Both the position numbers and the translations under genes were made by a program. Shown piece by piece: positions 49,650 to 60,474 of a stretch of DNA of 64,000 nucleotides (the first letter of the stretch is position 1; each line of letters begins with the position of its first letter). The DNA comes from Nitrosopumilus sp. (GTDB taxonomy: Archaea; Thermoproteota; Nitrososphaeria; Nitrososphaerales; Nitrosopumilaceae): the NCBI GenBank assembly GCA_965206745.1, contig OZ242220.1:640001-704000 (forward strand), given 5' to 3'. The notes under the pieces were generated by a model that was given only the letters and a program-made list of their open reading frames with translations, ran no database searches and was not told the DNA's origin.

Positions 49650-50027
49650 GTGAAACTTGATCCCGACCTCTCATTGCAAATTTTGGAAAAAGTCGGCATT
49701 TACTCAAATCGGTTCTCAATCACCGAGCCTCAAATCCTCTTGACTACAAAAGAGGTTCTGGATGCACCTAAAGATATGACTGAAGGCAGACGCACATCAG
49801 CTTACAAGTATTATGGGGTGTCGTATCTTCAGCACAATCTTGTATTTATCAACGTGAGAAAAATTCCTGATGAGAAGACTTTGGAGAATACCATAGTTCA
49901 TGAGTTGATCCATATGCGATTTCCCTATCTTGCACATGGTAAGAGATTCAACAAATTAGTAAGACAAGGGCTTAGGGGAAAGACATTCCCCCCATACCGA
50001 AAAAGAATCAAGATCCCTGCTATTTGA
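49650..50027 (+). CDS. Small HExxH zincin-like protein
   Basis: TIVHELIHMRFPYLAHG. Confidence 0.7.
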   Translation: MKLDPDLSLQILEKVGIYSNRFSITEPQILLTTKEVLDAPKDMTEGRRTSAYKYYGVSYLQHNLVFINVRKIPDEKTLENTIVHELIHMRFPYLAHGKRFNKLVRQGLRGKTFPPYRKRIKIPAI

Positions 50028-50063
50028 TTTATATTTCCCAGACTTTGGCAAGCTGAGTATACT

Positions 50064-52103
50064 ATGGAAATAGCTGAAATCCTTCCATTTATTGCAGGAA
50101 TTGCGTCATTTTTAGTTGCAGGCTGTCTGGTTGCATGGATTACCAAGCAACCTGCAGGAACAAAAGAGATGATGGATATCTCAAATGCCGTCAAAGAAGG
50201 TGCCTCAGCATTTTTGAAAAGGGAGATGAAAATCATTGTTCCAGTTGCCATCGCACTGTCATTGATTATAGGTTTTTTCTTGACTCCGTCAAACGGGATA
50301 GCCTTTGCAGTTGGCGCAGCACTTTCAGCAGTAGCGGGAATTATTTCATTAAAAATTACAGTCAAAGCCGCAGTCCGAGCGGCAAATCTTAGTGGTAGCG
50401 GTCTTGGCAAAACATTTGCCATGGCCTTTAGAGGAGGGGCAACAGTCGGTCTGGCAGTTCCGGCAATGGCACTATTGGCAATCACTGGGCTTTACTTGAT
50501 TTATGACGACCCAATCACAATCGCAGGCGTTGGTATCGGAGCCAGCCTTATCGCACTATTCATTCGAATTGGTGGCGGTATCTTTACCAAGGCAGCAGAT
50601 ATGGGTGCTGACTTGGTGGGAAAAGTTGAAGCAAATATCCCAGAAGACGATCCTCGAAACCCTGCAACCATTGCAGATAATGTAGGTGACAATGTGGGTG
50701 ATGCAGCCGGAATGGGCTCTGATGTTTATGAATCCTACATAGTCACGATTCTTGCAGCCCTGTTAATTGCGGCATTAATTGGCGCACCAAACTTTTTCCT
50801 CTATCCGATCCTGATTGGATCCTCTGGCATGATTGCATCAATAATCGGCGTTGTGATTGTCGGCTCAAAGAACGTCACTGATGTGATGAAGCCCCTTAAC
50901 CGTTCATTCTATGTTTCAGCATCCATTGCAATCGGGCTAAACTATGTGTTCATCACCCAATTCATCGGAGATAGTGCTTCATCTTATGCCCTCTTTGGTT
51001 CAACCATTATAGGCGTGATTCTAGTCCCCGTCATTCAAAAAATCACCGATTACTATACAAGCTACAAACGAAAACCAGTTATTGAGATTGCAGAATCTGC
51101 AAAATGGGGCTATGCATCACTAACCTTGATGGGAATTATCAAGGGGATGCAATCCACAGGACCGTTTATGATTGCACTAGTTGTGGCAATCATAATATCA
51201 TACAGCATCGCATCTGGAGCAGCTCCACAAGGAGAAGACCCTGTACTTTATGGAATATTTGGAACTGCCTTGACTGCAATGGCAATGTTGAGTCTTGCAG
51301 GAATCGTTCTAAGTATTGATGCATTTGGCCCAATTGCAGACAATGCAGGTGGAATTGTTGAGATGACTGGAATGGGTGAGGAAAACCGCAAGGTCACTGA
51401 TGAAATTGATGCAGTCGGAAATACCACCAAGGCTGTTACCAAAGGCTTTGCAATTGCCAGTGCCGCATTAGCTGCCTTGGCTATGATTCAGGCATTCCAA
51501 TTTGAAGCAGCACATGTCTTTGCCGGTGTTTTGGAATTGGATTACAGTTTAACCAATCCTACAATCATTGTAGGACTACTCATCGGCGGCTTGATTCCGT
51601 TTATCATCACTGGCCAACTCATCAATGGCGTGTCGCGTGCTGCGGGAAAGATGGTTGATGAAGTAAGACGCCAGTTCAAAGCAGATGCTGGAATTCTTGC
51701 AGGAACTTCAAAACCTGACTATGCAAAGTGTGTGGATATTGCCACTGTTGCATCGATCAGAGAACTGTGGAAACCGGCTATCGTTGCAATTATTGCCCCG
51801 ATCATTTTAGGAATTCTACTAGGTCCTACTGCAGTAGCTGGACTGCTGATGGGTTCCGTTGTAACTGGAATCTTACTGGCATACCACTTGGCAAATACCG
51901 GTGGCGCATGGGACAATGCAAAGAAGCTAGTTGAGATGAGGGGTGAGAAGGGCTCTGAAGTTCACAAAGTTGCAGTAGTGGGTGACATCATCGGTGATCC
52001 TTACAAAGACACTGCAGGCCCGGCACTTAACACTGTGATCAAGCTGTTAAACACAATTGCAATCGTCTTCGTATCTGCATTTGTTGCAATAATTTCCATC
52101 TAG
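50064..52103 (+). CDS. hppA: Membrane-bound pyrophosphatase, K+-independent type
   Basis: DMGADLVGKVE, EDDPRN, DNVGDNVGD; GNTTKA (Lys marks K+-independent enzymes). Confidence 0.95.
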   Translation: MEIAEILPFIAGIASFLVAGCLVAWITKQPAGTKEMMDISNAVKEGASAFLKREMKIIVPVAIALSLIIGFFLTPSNGIAFAVGAALSAVAGIISLKITVKAAVRAANLSGSGLGKTFAMAFRGGATVGLAVPAMALLAITGLYLIYDDPITIAGVGIGASLIALFIRIGGGIFTKAADMGADLVGKVEANIPEDDPRNPATIADNVGDNVGDAAGMGSDVYESYIVTILAALLIAALIGAPNFFLYPILIGSSGMIASIIGVVIVGSKNVTDVMKPLNRSFYVSASIAIGLNYVFITQFIGDSASSYALFGSTIIGVILVPVIQKITDYYTSYKRKPVIEIAESAKWGYASLTLMGIIKGMQSTGPFMIALVVAIIISYSIASGAAPQGEDPVLYGIFGTALTAMAMLSLAGIVLSIDAFGPIADNAGGIVEMTGMGEENRKVTDEIDAVGNTTKAVTKGFAIASAALAALAMIQAFQFEAAHVFAGVLELDYSLTNPTIIVGLLIGGLIPFIITGQLINGVSRAAGKMVDEVRRQFKADAGILAGTSKPDYAKCVDIATVASIRELWKPAIVAIIAPIILGILLGPTAVAGLLMGSVVTGILLAYHLANTGGAWDNAKKLVEMRGEKGSEVHKVAVVGDIIGDPYKDTAGPALNTVIKLLNTIAIVFVSAFVAIISI

Positions 52104-52282
52104 TCCTCAACGATTAGCGTCATGTCCAATTCATCGATTTGATCTTGAATTGCCTTTTTTAAAGTTGTATTGTGCATATCGCAGAATTTGAAATAGTTAT
52201 CAGCTGTCTGAAAACACCCGCAAATCCATTTTGTTTTCTTGTCTCCCTCGACTGTCCACTTTGAGTACTTGTTCTCAGACAT
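52100..52282 (-). CDS. Hypothetical 60-aa protein with CxC...CxxH
   Basis: WICGCF...FCDMH possible metal site. Confidence 0.55.
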   Translation of the reverse strand: MSENKYSKWTVEGDKKTKWICGCFQTADNYFKFCDMHNTTLKKAIQDQIDELDMTLIVED

Positions 52283-52338
52283 ACAAACTCTGAACTGCTT
52301 TGTCTAAAAAATACTTTTTGAATAAAAAGGAAAGGTGG

Positions 52339-52596
52339 TTAAGGACAGCCTTCCATCTTTTGGATAAAATAGCCTTTTTCCTTAATTGCCTGTTCAACAG
52401 GCTCTGGTGCTCCTTGCGAGTGGCAGAACTGGCATTCATTTGTGGTCATCTCTGCTTCTCCCTCGTTTATGGACTGCAACCATTCCTTACCATACTTGAT
52501 GGCCTTATCGTGGTCTTTCTCACCTGTAATCACATCAAAGTGCATGGTGTGTCCATCTGCTGCTTTGACATAGGTGTCGTATACGTGAATTTCCAT
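52339..52596 (-). CDS. DUF2024-family protein
   Basis: MEIHVYDTYV...MHFDV...CQFCH...QKMEGCP. Confidence 0.8.
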   Translation of the reverse strand: MEIHVYDTYVKAADGHTMHFDVITGEKDHDKAIKYGKEWLQSINEGEAEMTTNECQFCHSQGAPEPVEQAIKEKGYFIQKMEGCP

Positions 52597-53106
52597 AAAT
52601 CTAATTAAAAAAAGGGATATTTAATCTGATAACCATTTCAAAATGAGGCGTGTTTTTTGGTCTGGAATCAACTGTTCTGGCACATCCTGCAGACAAAGAT
52701 TATCGTACAGGCAAAGCTCAAAAACGACAAGATTGTTCAGATATTTGGTAGATATGCTAAGATCAGGAGTAATATCGTGCTAATGCACTATCAAAAACAT
52801 GACAAAGATACGAATCGGTGAAAAATAAGATCAAATGCATGGAAATGCCAAATGATGAACTTGTTATGATTTGAGCAACCTTGTATAATCTTTGAGATAT
52901 ATGTGCAATTACAGAATTCCTGATTAATTGGACCGTAATTCCAAATGAGTAATTTTTGAATCAGAATCTGTATTTCATCCTATATTCATAAAACAACAGA
53001 ATCTTTTTTTGTATAATTTGGAGAAGATTTTGGCATAAAAAGACCTCAATTGGAATGAAAAATATCCTCAGTCGCTTATGGGCGTAAAGCCTACCATGCT
53101 CTGATT

Positions 53107-53490
53107 TTATTCCTTTAGCAAAATTGCGTTGACTATTCCTATCTGCCCTGGTTTTGAAACGACTCTGCATTTTCCTTCTGCTGTTTCAAGAATTGCGCCT
53201 TTTGTAATTATGCCGCGCCTTTTGTAATCGTTGTTTGTGGCATTTTCTAACACTTTGATGATTTTTGATTTCTTTACTTTGGATTCCCCTGTTGCCAAAT
53301 TGACAAAATCAATTGATTTTAAAGCTGTTTTTTGATTACTGCCACGAACTCTTCTTGTTATTGTAACTTGAGCTCCGTTGATTGGCTCATTTGGATATCT
53401 ATCGGTTTCATACTTTCTTCTAATTCTAAGTGGAATTCTTCTCCCACCTGTAATCTTACTAGTTGCTAAATTCTCTACGGATTTTCTCAC
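53107..53490 (-). CDS. rps8e: 30S ribosomal protein S8e
   Basis: KITGGR, RKYE, RVRG, IITKGAI, SKPGQIG; GTG start. Confidence 0.95.
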   Translation of the reverse strand: MRKSVENLATSKITGGRRIPLRIRRKYETDRYPNEPINGAQVTITRRVRGSNQKTALKSIDFVNLATGESKVKKSKIIKVLENATNNDYKRRGIITKGAILETAEGKCRVVSKPGQIGIVNAILLKE

Positions 53491-53555
53491 AAATGATGTC
53501 CGAATCACTCTAATTTATACAAAACGCAAAAAATTAGCCATGAGTTAAAAATTAC

Positions 53556-54128
53556 CTAGTTTACTCCTGATGCGACAGGTGATGGAATTGTCTGCCTGTT
53601 TGCAGTTTTTCTCACTTTGGAGAACAGCCTTTGTTTTAGATCCTCTACATCCCCTTGTATTCCAAAGTATTTTTGGAATTTTTCAGTAGTCGTGAAAATT
53701 TTTAACCGTCCCACGTTTTGATGGCTGATGTAATCTAACTGTCGTAATTCTTTGAGATGCGCATACACTCCAGAACCCCTTGTTTCGACAAGTTGTTTTG
53801 ATGAGATTGGCTGCATGTATGCAATGTAAGATAATGTTTTGAGCGTTGCATTTGGCAGAACCGGCTTTGATGCGTATCTTTTGACAGTAGAGCTGTATTC
53901 TGGTTTTAATTGCATAACATAGGACCCGTCTGGGAGGATTACTATCTCCAATGCCTTGAATGATGATTTTGTCTTTTTCATAATGACTGCAAGCAGTTCC
54001 ATCGTTTTTGTTCTGGATTCTGTGCCTGATGCCCGTATAATGTCCTCAATTCTCAGTGGCCTTCCTGCTGAATAAAGTGCAGCCTCAATTCTGGCAGTTG
54101 CCTCATTTACATTCTCAATCTTTGCCAT
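53556..54128 (-). CDS. scpB: Segregation and condensation protein B
   Basis: IEAALYS, TLSYIAYMQPI, ETRG, TTEKFQKYFG. Confidence 0.92.
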   Translation of the reverse strand: MAKIENVNEATARIEAALYSAGRPLRIEDIIRASGTESRTKTMELLAVIMKKTKSSFKALEIVILPDGSYVMQLKPEYSSTVKRYASKPVLPNATLKTLSYIAYMQPISSKQLVETRGSGVYAHLKELRQLDYISHQNVGRLKIFTTTEKFQKYFGIQGDVEDLKQRLFSKVRKTANRQTIPSPVASGVN

Positions 54129-54143
54129 CCAATCCGCCTCTGC

Positions 54144-54821
54144 TTAATTTGTCACTCCATCTCTCACGATGATGATTTTTATGTCGTCTCCTACCTGTTC
54201 AAGATCCACCTTTTGTTCTCTTGTCAAAAATAGTGCCGCAAAGAAACATCTGATTGAATCAATCTGATCAAGGTCTGCAATGATATCTTGTAATAATCCA
54301 AATCCAGCTGCGCTAATTTTCTTCATGATGAGATCCTCGTATTTTCCTATGATGCTTTCAAGGGAGATGAAGAAATCTTTGAAATCCGGGGCCTCGATTG
54401 GTTCTATCTCTAATTGCCTATTTCGTCTTGATTGTGGATTTGCAATTGTTCCAATAAGGTTCTGTAACAATCCCAATAAATCGTCTAATGAAACTGGATA
54501 TGTGGACTCGTGCCTATATGGAATGTCTATCATCTCAATATCCACATCTGTTCTTTGATGCATTGGTTTTTTCTCCATTGCTGCTTTTTGTAATGCAAAG
54601 ATACTTTCCACCTTCATTCTGTAAATCAACGACGATGATAATGCTGCCATCCCTGCCACTTTGAGATCTTTCTTGCCTGTTTTTTCAAGAATTTTTATTA
54701 ATAGATTCAAAATCTGAATCAGATCAATCTCCCAAACGTCCTTTTTGACAACTGATGACGGACTAAATAGAATGTTTATGGGTTCCTGAGAAATGCTATT
54801 TGGAATCTGTGATTCGCTCAC
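54144..54821 (-). CDS. scpA: Segregation and condensation protein A (kleisin)
   Basis: DVWEIDL, C-terminal FFAALFL...VDLEQ; upstream of scpB. Confidence 0.8.
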   Translation of the reverse strand: MSESQIPNSISQEPINILFSPSSVVKKDVWEIDLIQILNLLIKILEKTGKKDLKVAGMAALSSSLIYRMKVESIFALQKAAMEKKPMHQRTDVDIEMIDIPYRHESTYPVSLDDLLGLLQNLIGTIANPQSRRNRQLEIEPIEAPDFKDFFISLESIIGKYEDLIMKKISAAGFGLLQDIIADLDQIDSIRCFFAALFLTREQKVDLEQVGDDIKIIIVRDGVTN

Positions 54822-54915
54822 ATAACCTCTCTTTGATTATTCAATATTATCTAAGGACTCTATTTTTTTCTTACATCCAGTCAACTCTTATATTGTTAAT
54901 GCAGAAAATCCAACT

Positions 54916-55968
54916 ATGAAATCCGCTAGGATCTTAGGTCCCAATGAGCCACTTGCCGTATCTGAAAGCGAGACTCCGAGGCCTCAAGGTGCCCAAGTTC
55001 TAGTCAAAGTAAACTCTGTTGGCGTATGTCATAGTGATTTGCACCTGTGGGAAGGCGGATATGATCTGGGCGATGGCCAATTCATGAAAGTCACCGACAG
55101 AGGAGTAAAATATCCTGTGACTCCTGGTCATGAAATCGTGGGAACTGTGGATGATATCGGGGATGGCGTTTCTGGAATTTCAAAGGGGGATCAGGTTTTA
55201 GTTTTTCCGTGGATTGGCTGTGGAGTATGTCCTGCCTGTAAAGTGGGAAATGAAAATCTATGCGACGCTCCAAGATCTATGGGTGTCTTTCAAGATGGTG
55301 GATATTCTGATTATGCCTTGATCCCAAATTCAAAGTATTTGGCAAAACTTGACGGTGTCGATCCGGATGCTGCTACCTCCCTTGCCTGTTCTGGACTCAC
55401 GGCATACACTGCAATTAAAAAATCAAACCAAAATTCCCCAGAGTTCATTGTGATTGTTGGAGCTGGTGGTTTGGGATTGATGGGCGTACAAATTGCAAAA
55501 GCTATAACCAATGCGAAAATCATCTGTGTCGATTTAGATGACGAAAAATTAAACATGGCCAAATCAATGGGTGCCGACTATACCGTAAACTCCAAAGATC
55601 CTCAAACGGCTCAAAAAATAATGTCTATTTGCAATGATAAAGGCGCAGACAGTGTTGTAGACTTTGTAAATGCTCCTCCAACTGCAAAATTGGACTTTGC
55701 AATCCTTAGAAAGCGGGGCAATTTGGTTCTTGTTGGTTTGTTTGGCGGGTCCATAGAATTATCTCTTGTCACAATTCCTTTAAAATCAATCACTATTCAA
55801 GGTGCATATACTGGAAATTATGATGACATGGTCGAACTACTTGACCTTGCACGAAAAGGAACCATCAACCCTGTAATCTCAAAAAGATATTCTCTAGATG
55901 ATGCAAACGCTGCTCTCGGTGATCTCAAAGCCCGTAAGATCATTGGGCGCGCTGTGATAAACCCCTAG
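54916..55968 (+). CDS. Zinc-dependent alcohol dehydrogenase
   Basis: GVCHSDLH, GHEIVG, CGVCPAC...C, GAGGLG. Confidence 0.93.
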   Translation: MKSARILGPNEPLAVSESETPRPQGAQVLVKVNSVGVCHSDLHLWEGGYDLGDGQFMKVTDRGVKYPVTPGHEIVGTVDDIGDGVSGISKGDQVLVFPWIGCGVCPACKVGNENLCDAPRSMGVFQDGGYSDYALIPNSKYLAKLDGVDPDAATSLACSGLTAYTAIKKSNQNSPEFIVIVGAGGLGLMGVQIAKAITNAKIICVDLDDEKLNMAKSMGADYTVNSKDPQTAQKIMSICNDKGADSVVDFVNAPPTAKLDFAILRKRGNLVLVGLFGGSIELSLVTIPLKSITIQGAYTGNYDDMVELLDLARKGTINPVISKRYSLDDANAALGDLKARKIIGRAVINP

Positions 55969-56091
55969 TTATACGCCACTGTAAAATTTTATGAAAGTAA
56001 TTCAATCCTGCCATTGGATGCTAGAACAGACTGTCAAGATGCAATGCATGCTGAATTTTTAGTTTTGCAGTAATTGGCACTCTTGCATTGC

Positions 56092-56655
56092 CTAGTCTTC
56101 CAATATCCATCCTGATTCCAGTATCTCTTGATCCTCTGGCTCTCCCACATTTGTCGCGTATCTCCAAATCGTGTCCTCATCTGGAATCATCTTGCTTTTG
56201 ATTTTTACAAGTGCCTCAGTTTCAGAATTTAGATTGGCATCTGCACTTGTATGCTCTTTACAAAATTTGCATTTTTGATCAAGAGTGATTGGATCTGATT
56301 CTATCAGCGGGTATGCCGTACATGCAAGAGGCCTCTGATCATATATCCTGCACGGAAATCCTCCGTGTGGTGACTTGTCTCCACTATCTGTATCCAGAAA
56401 TGGACATGTGTTTCCATTTTTTTCTATACCCATTAACTGATATGCCAAAATTTTTGTCGGCAATGTATCTGTGTTTTCAGAGATCCCTATTCTTGGCAAA
56501 ATTTTGATTTCCAATTTATTTCTGATTGCAAGTTCCTCAATCCTTTCCTTCTCTTCTGGAAGAATCAACACTCCTATTTTGCCGAATTTTTTACTTGGAT
56601 AGTACTCCCTTTCTATACAGCACTGAGAGCATTGATCTATACACCTGAACTCCAT
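56092..56655 (-). CDS. YkgJ-family Cys-cluster protein
   Basis: CxxxCxxCC, CPFL, CRIYDQRPLACTAYP. Confidence 0.85.
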   Translation of the reverse strand: MEFRCIDQCSQCCIEREYYPSKKFGKIGVLILPEEKERIEELAIRNKLEIKILPRIGISENTDTLPTKILAYQLMGIEKNGNTCPFLDTDSGDKSPHGGFPCRIYDQRPLACTAYPLIESDPITLDQKCKFCKEHTSADANLNSETEALVKIKSKMIPDEDTIWRYATNVGEPEDQEILESGWILED

Positions 56656-56762
56656 GCCTTTTTTTTAATCCTGCTTGATAAAAATCTCTTACGTTTGATT
56701 CGTGCTAGTTTCTCTCTTCTGACAATACTATCAGTTATATGCTGATAATAGAAATATTCGGC

Positions 56763-57074
56763 ATGGGTAAGCGCCAAGTAAAAAATGAGAGTGCATTAAA
56801 AGAAATTCGATTGCCTGAGGAGGGTGAACTTTTTGGACGTGTCTTGAAAATGCTCGGAGGGGAAAATGTGATGATAAAATGCGATGACAACATTACTCGA
56901 CGAGGAAGAATCAGAGGCAAACTAAAGAGAAGGGTCTGGATTAGAGATAATGACATTGTAATTATTGCGCCTTGGGATTTCAAAGAGAAGGAGCGTGGGG
57001 ATATCGTTTGGAGATTCACGCTTCCGCAAGTTGAATGGCTCAAAGCACAAAACCACATCCCAAAAGATTTCTAA
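56763..57074 (+). CDS. eif1a: Translation initiation factor aIF-1A
   Basis: RLPEEGE...MLGG...RIRGKLKRRVWI. Confidence 0.95.
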   Translation: MGKRQVKNESALKEIRLPEEGELFGRVLKMLGGENVMIKCDDNITRRGRIRGKLKRRVWIRDNDIVIIAPWDFKEKERGDIVWRFTLPQVEWLKAQNHIPKDF

Positions 57075-57137
57075 CCTTTTACCTAGCTCCCTTCTGATAC
57101 CTTAGTTAATATAGTGAATACATTATCTGGAAATCAA

Positions 57138-57329
57138 ATGGAACAAGGCACCGTAAAATGGTTTAACCGTACAAAGGGCTTTGGTTTTATCGAAAGAGAG
57201 GGTGGAGACGATCTGTTTGTTCACAAATCAGACGTTGACGGATTCATCAACGAAGGCGATAAAGTCGAGTTTGTAGTAGGCGAAGGTCAAAAAGGCCCAG
57301 CAGCACAACAAGTCAAAAAATCAGCATAG
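57138..57329 (+). CDS. Cold-shock protein
   Basis: GTVKWFN, KGFGFI (RNP1), LFVH (RNP2), GQKGP. Confidence 0.95.
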   Translation: MEQGTVKWFNRTKGFGFIEREGGDDLFVHKSDVDGFINEGDKVEFVVGEGQKGPAAQQVKKSA

Positions 57330-57899
57330 GCAACAAATTTTTTAATTTAAGATTTCATCTTTGTTTTCTTAAACTAGTCTATCTTTTTCTTATTTTTAAA
57401 ACCGTTCTTCAAAAGACATGCTACCTTGCGTGATAAAACTATCAGTACGATTCAACTTCTTGACGTTCTAGCAAAAGACTATGCAACCTATTTGGGTGGT
57501 AAACTGGATTCAGATTGGTAAACTGCCTAACTCCGTCTTGCAAGACTCATTATTGCAGATTCTCTGTCAGTTCATGAACGCATTCTCTGCTGCCATTTTG
57601 TGGCTTTTTGGAGACATTCCAATTTTGCCAGTTTTTTAGGAGTTGGTTACTCTTTTGCTGCCATGTGATTGTTGCCGTCTCTCTCATACTTGATGGCGAT
57701 CTGCCAATCTTGGAATTATCTCTGGTATTGCTATGGTAAATGGAATCTCACCAGAGTGCCAAACAGGTTAGATTAGCAGAGTATGCACTTGGGGACAAAG
57801 TAAAAAAAATCAAGTTCAAAACTAATGATGGAGAAAAGCCGAGATCTCTCTTTTGCAGTGCTCTGGATTCATCTATGCCGGTTCTAATGCGAGTCCAGA

Positions 57900-58110
57900 C
57901 TGTGCCTTCTCTGCCTAGCCCTTGTATGGAATGCCTTTTTGATATTTTTGTAACTTGTCTCCATTTTTCATCTTACCGTGTATCTGTCTGACCGATTTTC
58001 AAGATCTGTCCTGCCATTGCAATTACGATTTGTTGCAAATACAACGTATCTGTCAGCAATGTTATCTGTCATAGTTACGTTGATCTGCTCCCATGTGATT
58101 AGTGTAATCT
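57900..58110 (-). mobile_element. Decayed IS4-superfamily/ISH3-like transposase fragment
   Basis: Minus frame reads DRYVVFATN...DRYTVR*KMETSYKNIKKAF, matching Y..RW.IE.SY...K with Trp replaced by TGA at 57968-57970; boundaries approximate. Confidence 0.6.
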
Positions 58111-58379
58111 CAAATTTGTTGCAGATCTGATAACATCATATCTTTTGATGCCTGACATTTCCTTGCACATGTTGCAGATCTGTTTTTTGGTTCAAGACTA
58201 TGTGATGGGCCGACGAGCAAAAGTTCATTGGAGTAGATGTCGTTGTTTACCTTAAGAAAAGGCAATAAAGACAGGGATGAATTTTTGATCGTGAGTTTAT
58301 CCCATCGGTGCATTATTGTCTTGTGACTGTTTTCATAGGTATGGGATATCAAAGTTTGATGTCTGAATTTGATTGGCAG

Positions 58380-58503
58380 TCCCGTGGGGCGGAATTGAAC
58401 CACCGACAACCCGGTTTCTGTATGCCTGATATGCTGTTTTTCGGTCAGCCATCTAAAGCCAACAACTACAGCCGGAAGCTCTACCAGGCTGAGCTACCAC
58501 GGG
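58380..58503 (-). tRNA. tRNA-Tyr(GTA) with 50-nt intron at 37/38 (intron 58416-58465)
   Basis: Acceptor CCCGTGG/CCACGGG, discriminator A, D arm GCTC/GAGC, CT-GTA-G, T loop TTCAATT; CTGT/ACAG central helix of a BHB-type motif; upstream TTTTTTAAT. Confidence 0.95.
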
Positions 58504-58611
58504 ACAAAAAAACGAAGGTATCTACTATTAAAAAACTATCGTAGATGTTTTAGATGTTGATCGTCATGATCTCTATAGGCATAAATAGCCTGAAAATATT
58601 TTCAAGATATC

Positions 58612-59223
58612 TTGTCTGAACTGAAACTGTCTTACTCTGGATATGTGTGTGCACCGTATCTACACGATCATGAATCTGTCGAATTGAAGGAAACTTGGAT
58701 TAATTCTAAAAACATTGAAAAACTGTACTTTGTTACAGGAACTTTTTCTAGTGAAAGCAAACCGTATTTTTCTGATTCGACCAACCATTACATTTTAGCA
58801 AAATTCAAAGACAGCCAACACATCACAAAAGATCTTTCCGTTCATAACCAGAAGAAGACCTCTTTTGTCTTTAACATCAAAGATGGCCTCTTCCAAAGGG
58901 AAGTTCAGGGCGATACAAACTTTGTCTCCATTTATTATCTGGAATACGGGGATAATGGAGATGATTTTCAAGAAATTGCAAATCTTTTACTAAAAAGAGA
59001 CAAAATTGAGATTGCAGGACTGGGAAACATGAACACATATTGTTTAAACCCTTCAAAATTCACGTTTCCTTACTCTGAAAATATTGTAGTAATTGAAGTT
59101 GCAAGTGAAAAAAGTCATCAGAGCGTAAAAAAGTATTGTGATCAAACTCGACGTGATATTAATCGAAAAGGAATGACAATGACTAATTTGATGAGTCTTT
59201 CAATTCTTGATGTGTTAAAGTAG
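58612..59223 (+). CDS. Hypothetical protein
   Basis: 203-aa ORF, TTG start, no motif recognised. Confidence 0.7.
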   Translation: MSELKLSYSGYVCAPYLHDHESVELKETWINSKNIEKLYFVTGTFSSESKPYFSDSTNHYILAKFKDSQHITKDLSVHNQKKTSFVFNIKDGLFQREVQGDTNFVSIYYLEYGDNGDDFQEIANLLLKRDKIEIAGLGNMNTYCLNPSKFTFPYSENIVVIEVASEKSHQSVKKYCDQTRRDINRKGMTMTNLMSLSILDVLK

Positions 59224-59256
59224 AAAAGTTAAATATTCGACCAAAAACTGTTTGTC

Positions 59257-59667
59257 ATGAGTAAGCCATCTGATCTTGGTTCTTTGAAAATTGGATCTTA
59301 CATTCTGTTGCCCCATTCAGATCAACCTAGTGGGGAACCTTGCAGAATTGTAGAATATGATACTTCAAAGCCTGGCAAACACGGTGCAGCTAAAGCTAGA
59401 ATTGTCGGTGAAGGAATTTTTGATGGTCAAAAAAGACCACATGTAGGCCCTGTCAGCATGCAAATCCACATACCGATGATTAACAAAAAAGTTGGTCAAA
59501 TCATTTCGATTAACGGTGATACAGTTCAAGTCATGGATTCTGAATCCTTTGAGACCCTTGACGTTTCTTTGATTGATGATGAAGTCAAAGGCAAGTTAGA
59601 AAATGGTCAAAACGTGGAATATTGGGTTGTAATGGATAGAACTAAAATAATGCGCATTAAGAGCTAA
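59257..59667 (+). CDS. eif5a: Translation factor aIF-5A
   Basis: SKPGKHGAAKAR hypusination motif. Confidence 0.96.
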   Translation: MSKPSDLGSLKIGSYILLPHSDQPSGEPCRIVEYDTSKPGKHGAAKARIVGEGIFDGQKRPHVGPVSMQIHIPMINKKVGQIISINGDTVQVMDSESFETLDVSLIDDEVKGKLENGQNVEYWVVMDRTKIMRIKS

Positions 59668-59784
59668 TGTGGATGCTGATGATTATCGGAAAAGCCGTCT
59701 GATTTTATGATGACGATTATGAGTATTGAAGCATCCCTTTTCAACAAACTTAAAAAATTTGTTGGATTGAATATTTTTTAGATC

Positions 59785-60474
59785 ATGAAATTAGCTTCCC
59801 TCTTTTCTGGTGGAAAAGATAGCACATATGCGATTTATGCTGTTCAAAAACAAGGCCATACAGTAAAATGTCTGTTGAGTATCTTCCCCAAATCTGATGA
59901 AAGCCACTTGTTGCATTATCCAAACATGAAATGGACAAAGCTACAATCAGAATCCATGAGCATCCCACAACTATCTGTCACTTCAAATTCTGATGAAACC
60001 GATGATGAGTTGTCTCTTATTGAAAATTTACTGCAGGATGCAAAAGATCAGTTCCAAATAGAGGGGCTGGTTCATGGTGGAATAAAAAGTAAATTTCAAA
60101 AAGATAAATTTGAAAATGTCTGCTCAAAATTAAATTTGACTGTTATTGCGCCTTTATGGGATGCCGATCCGGAACTTTACATGGATGAACTAATTGATTC
60201 AAAGTTTGATTTCATTATGACTGCTGTCTCCTCTGACGGGTTGGATGATTCTTGGCTGGGCAAATCTATTTCAAAATCCGACATGCTCTCATTGAAGCAA
60301 CTGTCTGAAAAATTTGGTTTTAATTTAAATTTTGAAGGTGGTGAGGCTGAAACATTTGTAACTAATTGCCCCATCTTTGCTAATCGGATCAAAATTAATC
60401 AATCTGAAAAAAAATGGGACGGATATAGAGGAAGGTTTGAAATAGTAGATGCGAGATTGAATTTCAATGCTTGA
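59785..60474 (+). CDS. Diphthine--ammonia ligase (PP-loop ATPase)
   Basis: LFSGGKDS, APLW, FEGGEAETFV. Confidence 0.88.
   Translation: MKLASLFSGGKDSTYAIYAVQKQGHTVKCLLSIFPKSDESHLLHYPNMKWTKLQSESMSIPQLSVTSNSDETDDELSLIENLLQDAKDQFQIEGLVHGGIKSKFQKDKFENVCSKLNLTVIAPLWDADPELYMDELIDSKFDFIMTAVSSDGLDDSWLGKSISKSDMLSLKQLSEKFGFNLNFEGGEAETFVTNCPIFANRIKINQSEKKWDGYRGRFEIVDARLNFNA

Noticed and set aside
52620-53100. Possible decayed gene in the AT-rich gap before rps8e
   Set aside because: No sustained frame, motif or repeat could be identified
58110-58544. Two ORFs overlapping tRNA-Tyr
   Set aside because: They overlap a clear tRNA; the minus-strand one may at most include decayed transposase sequence
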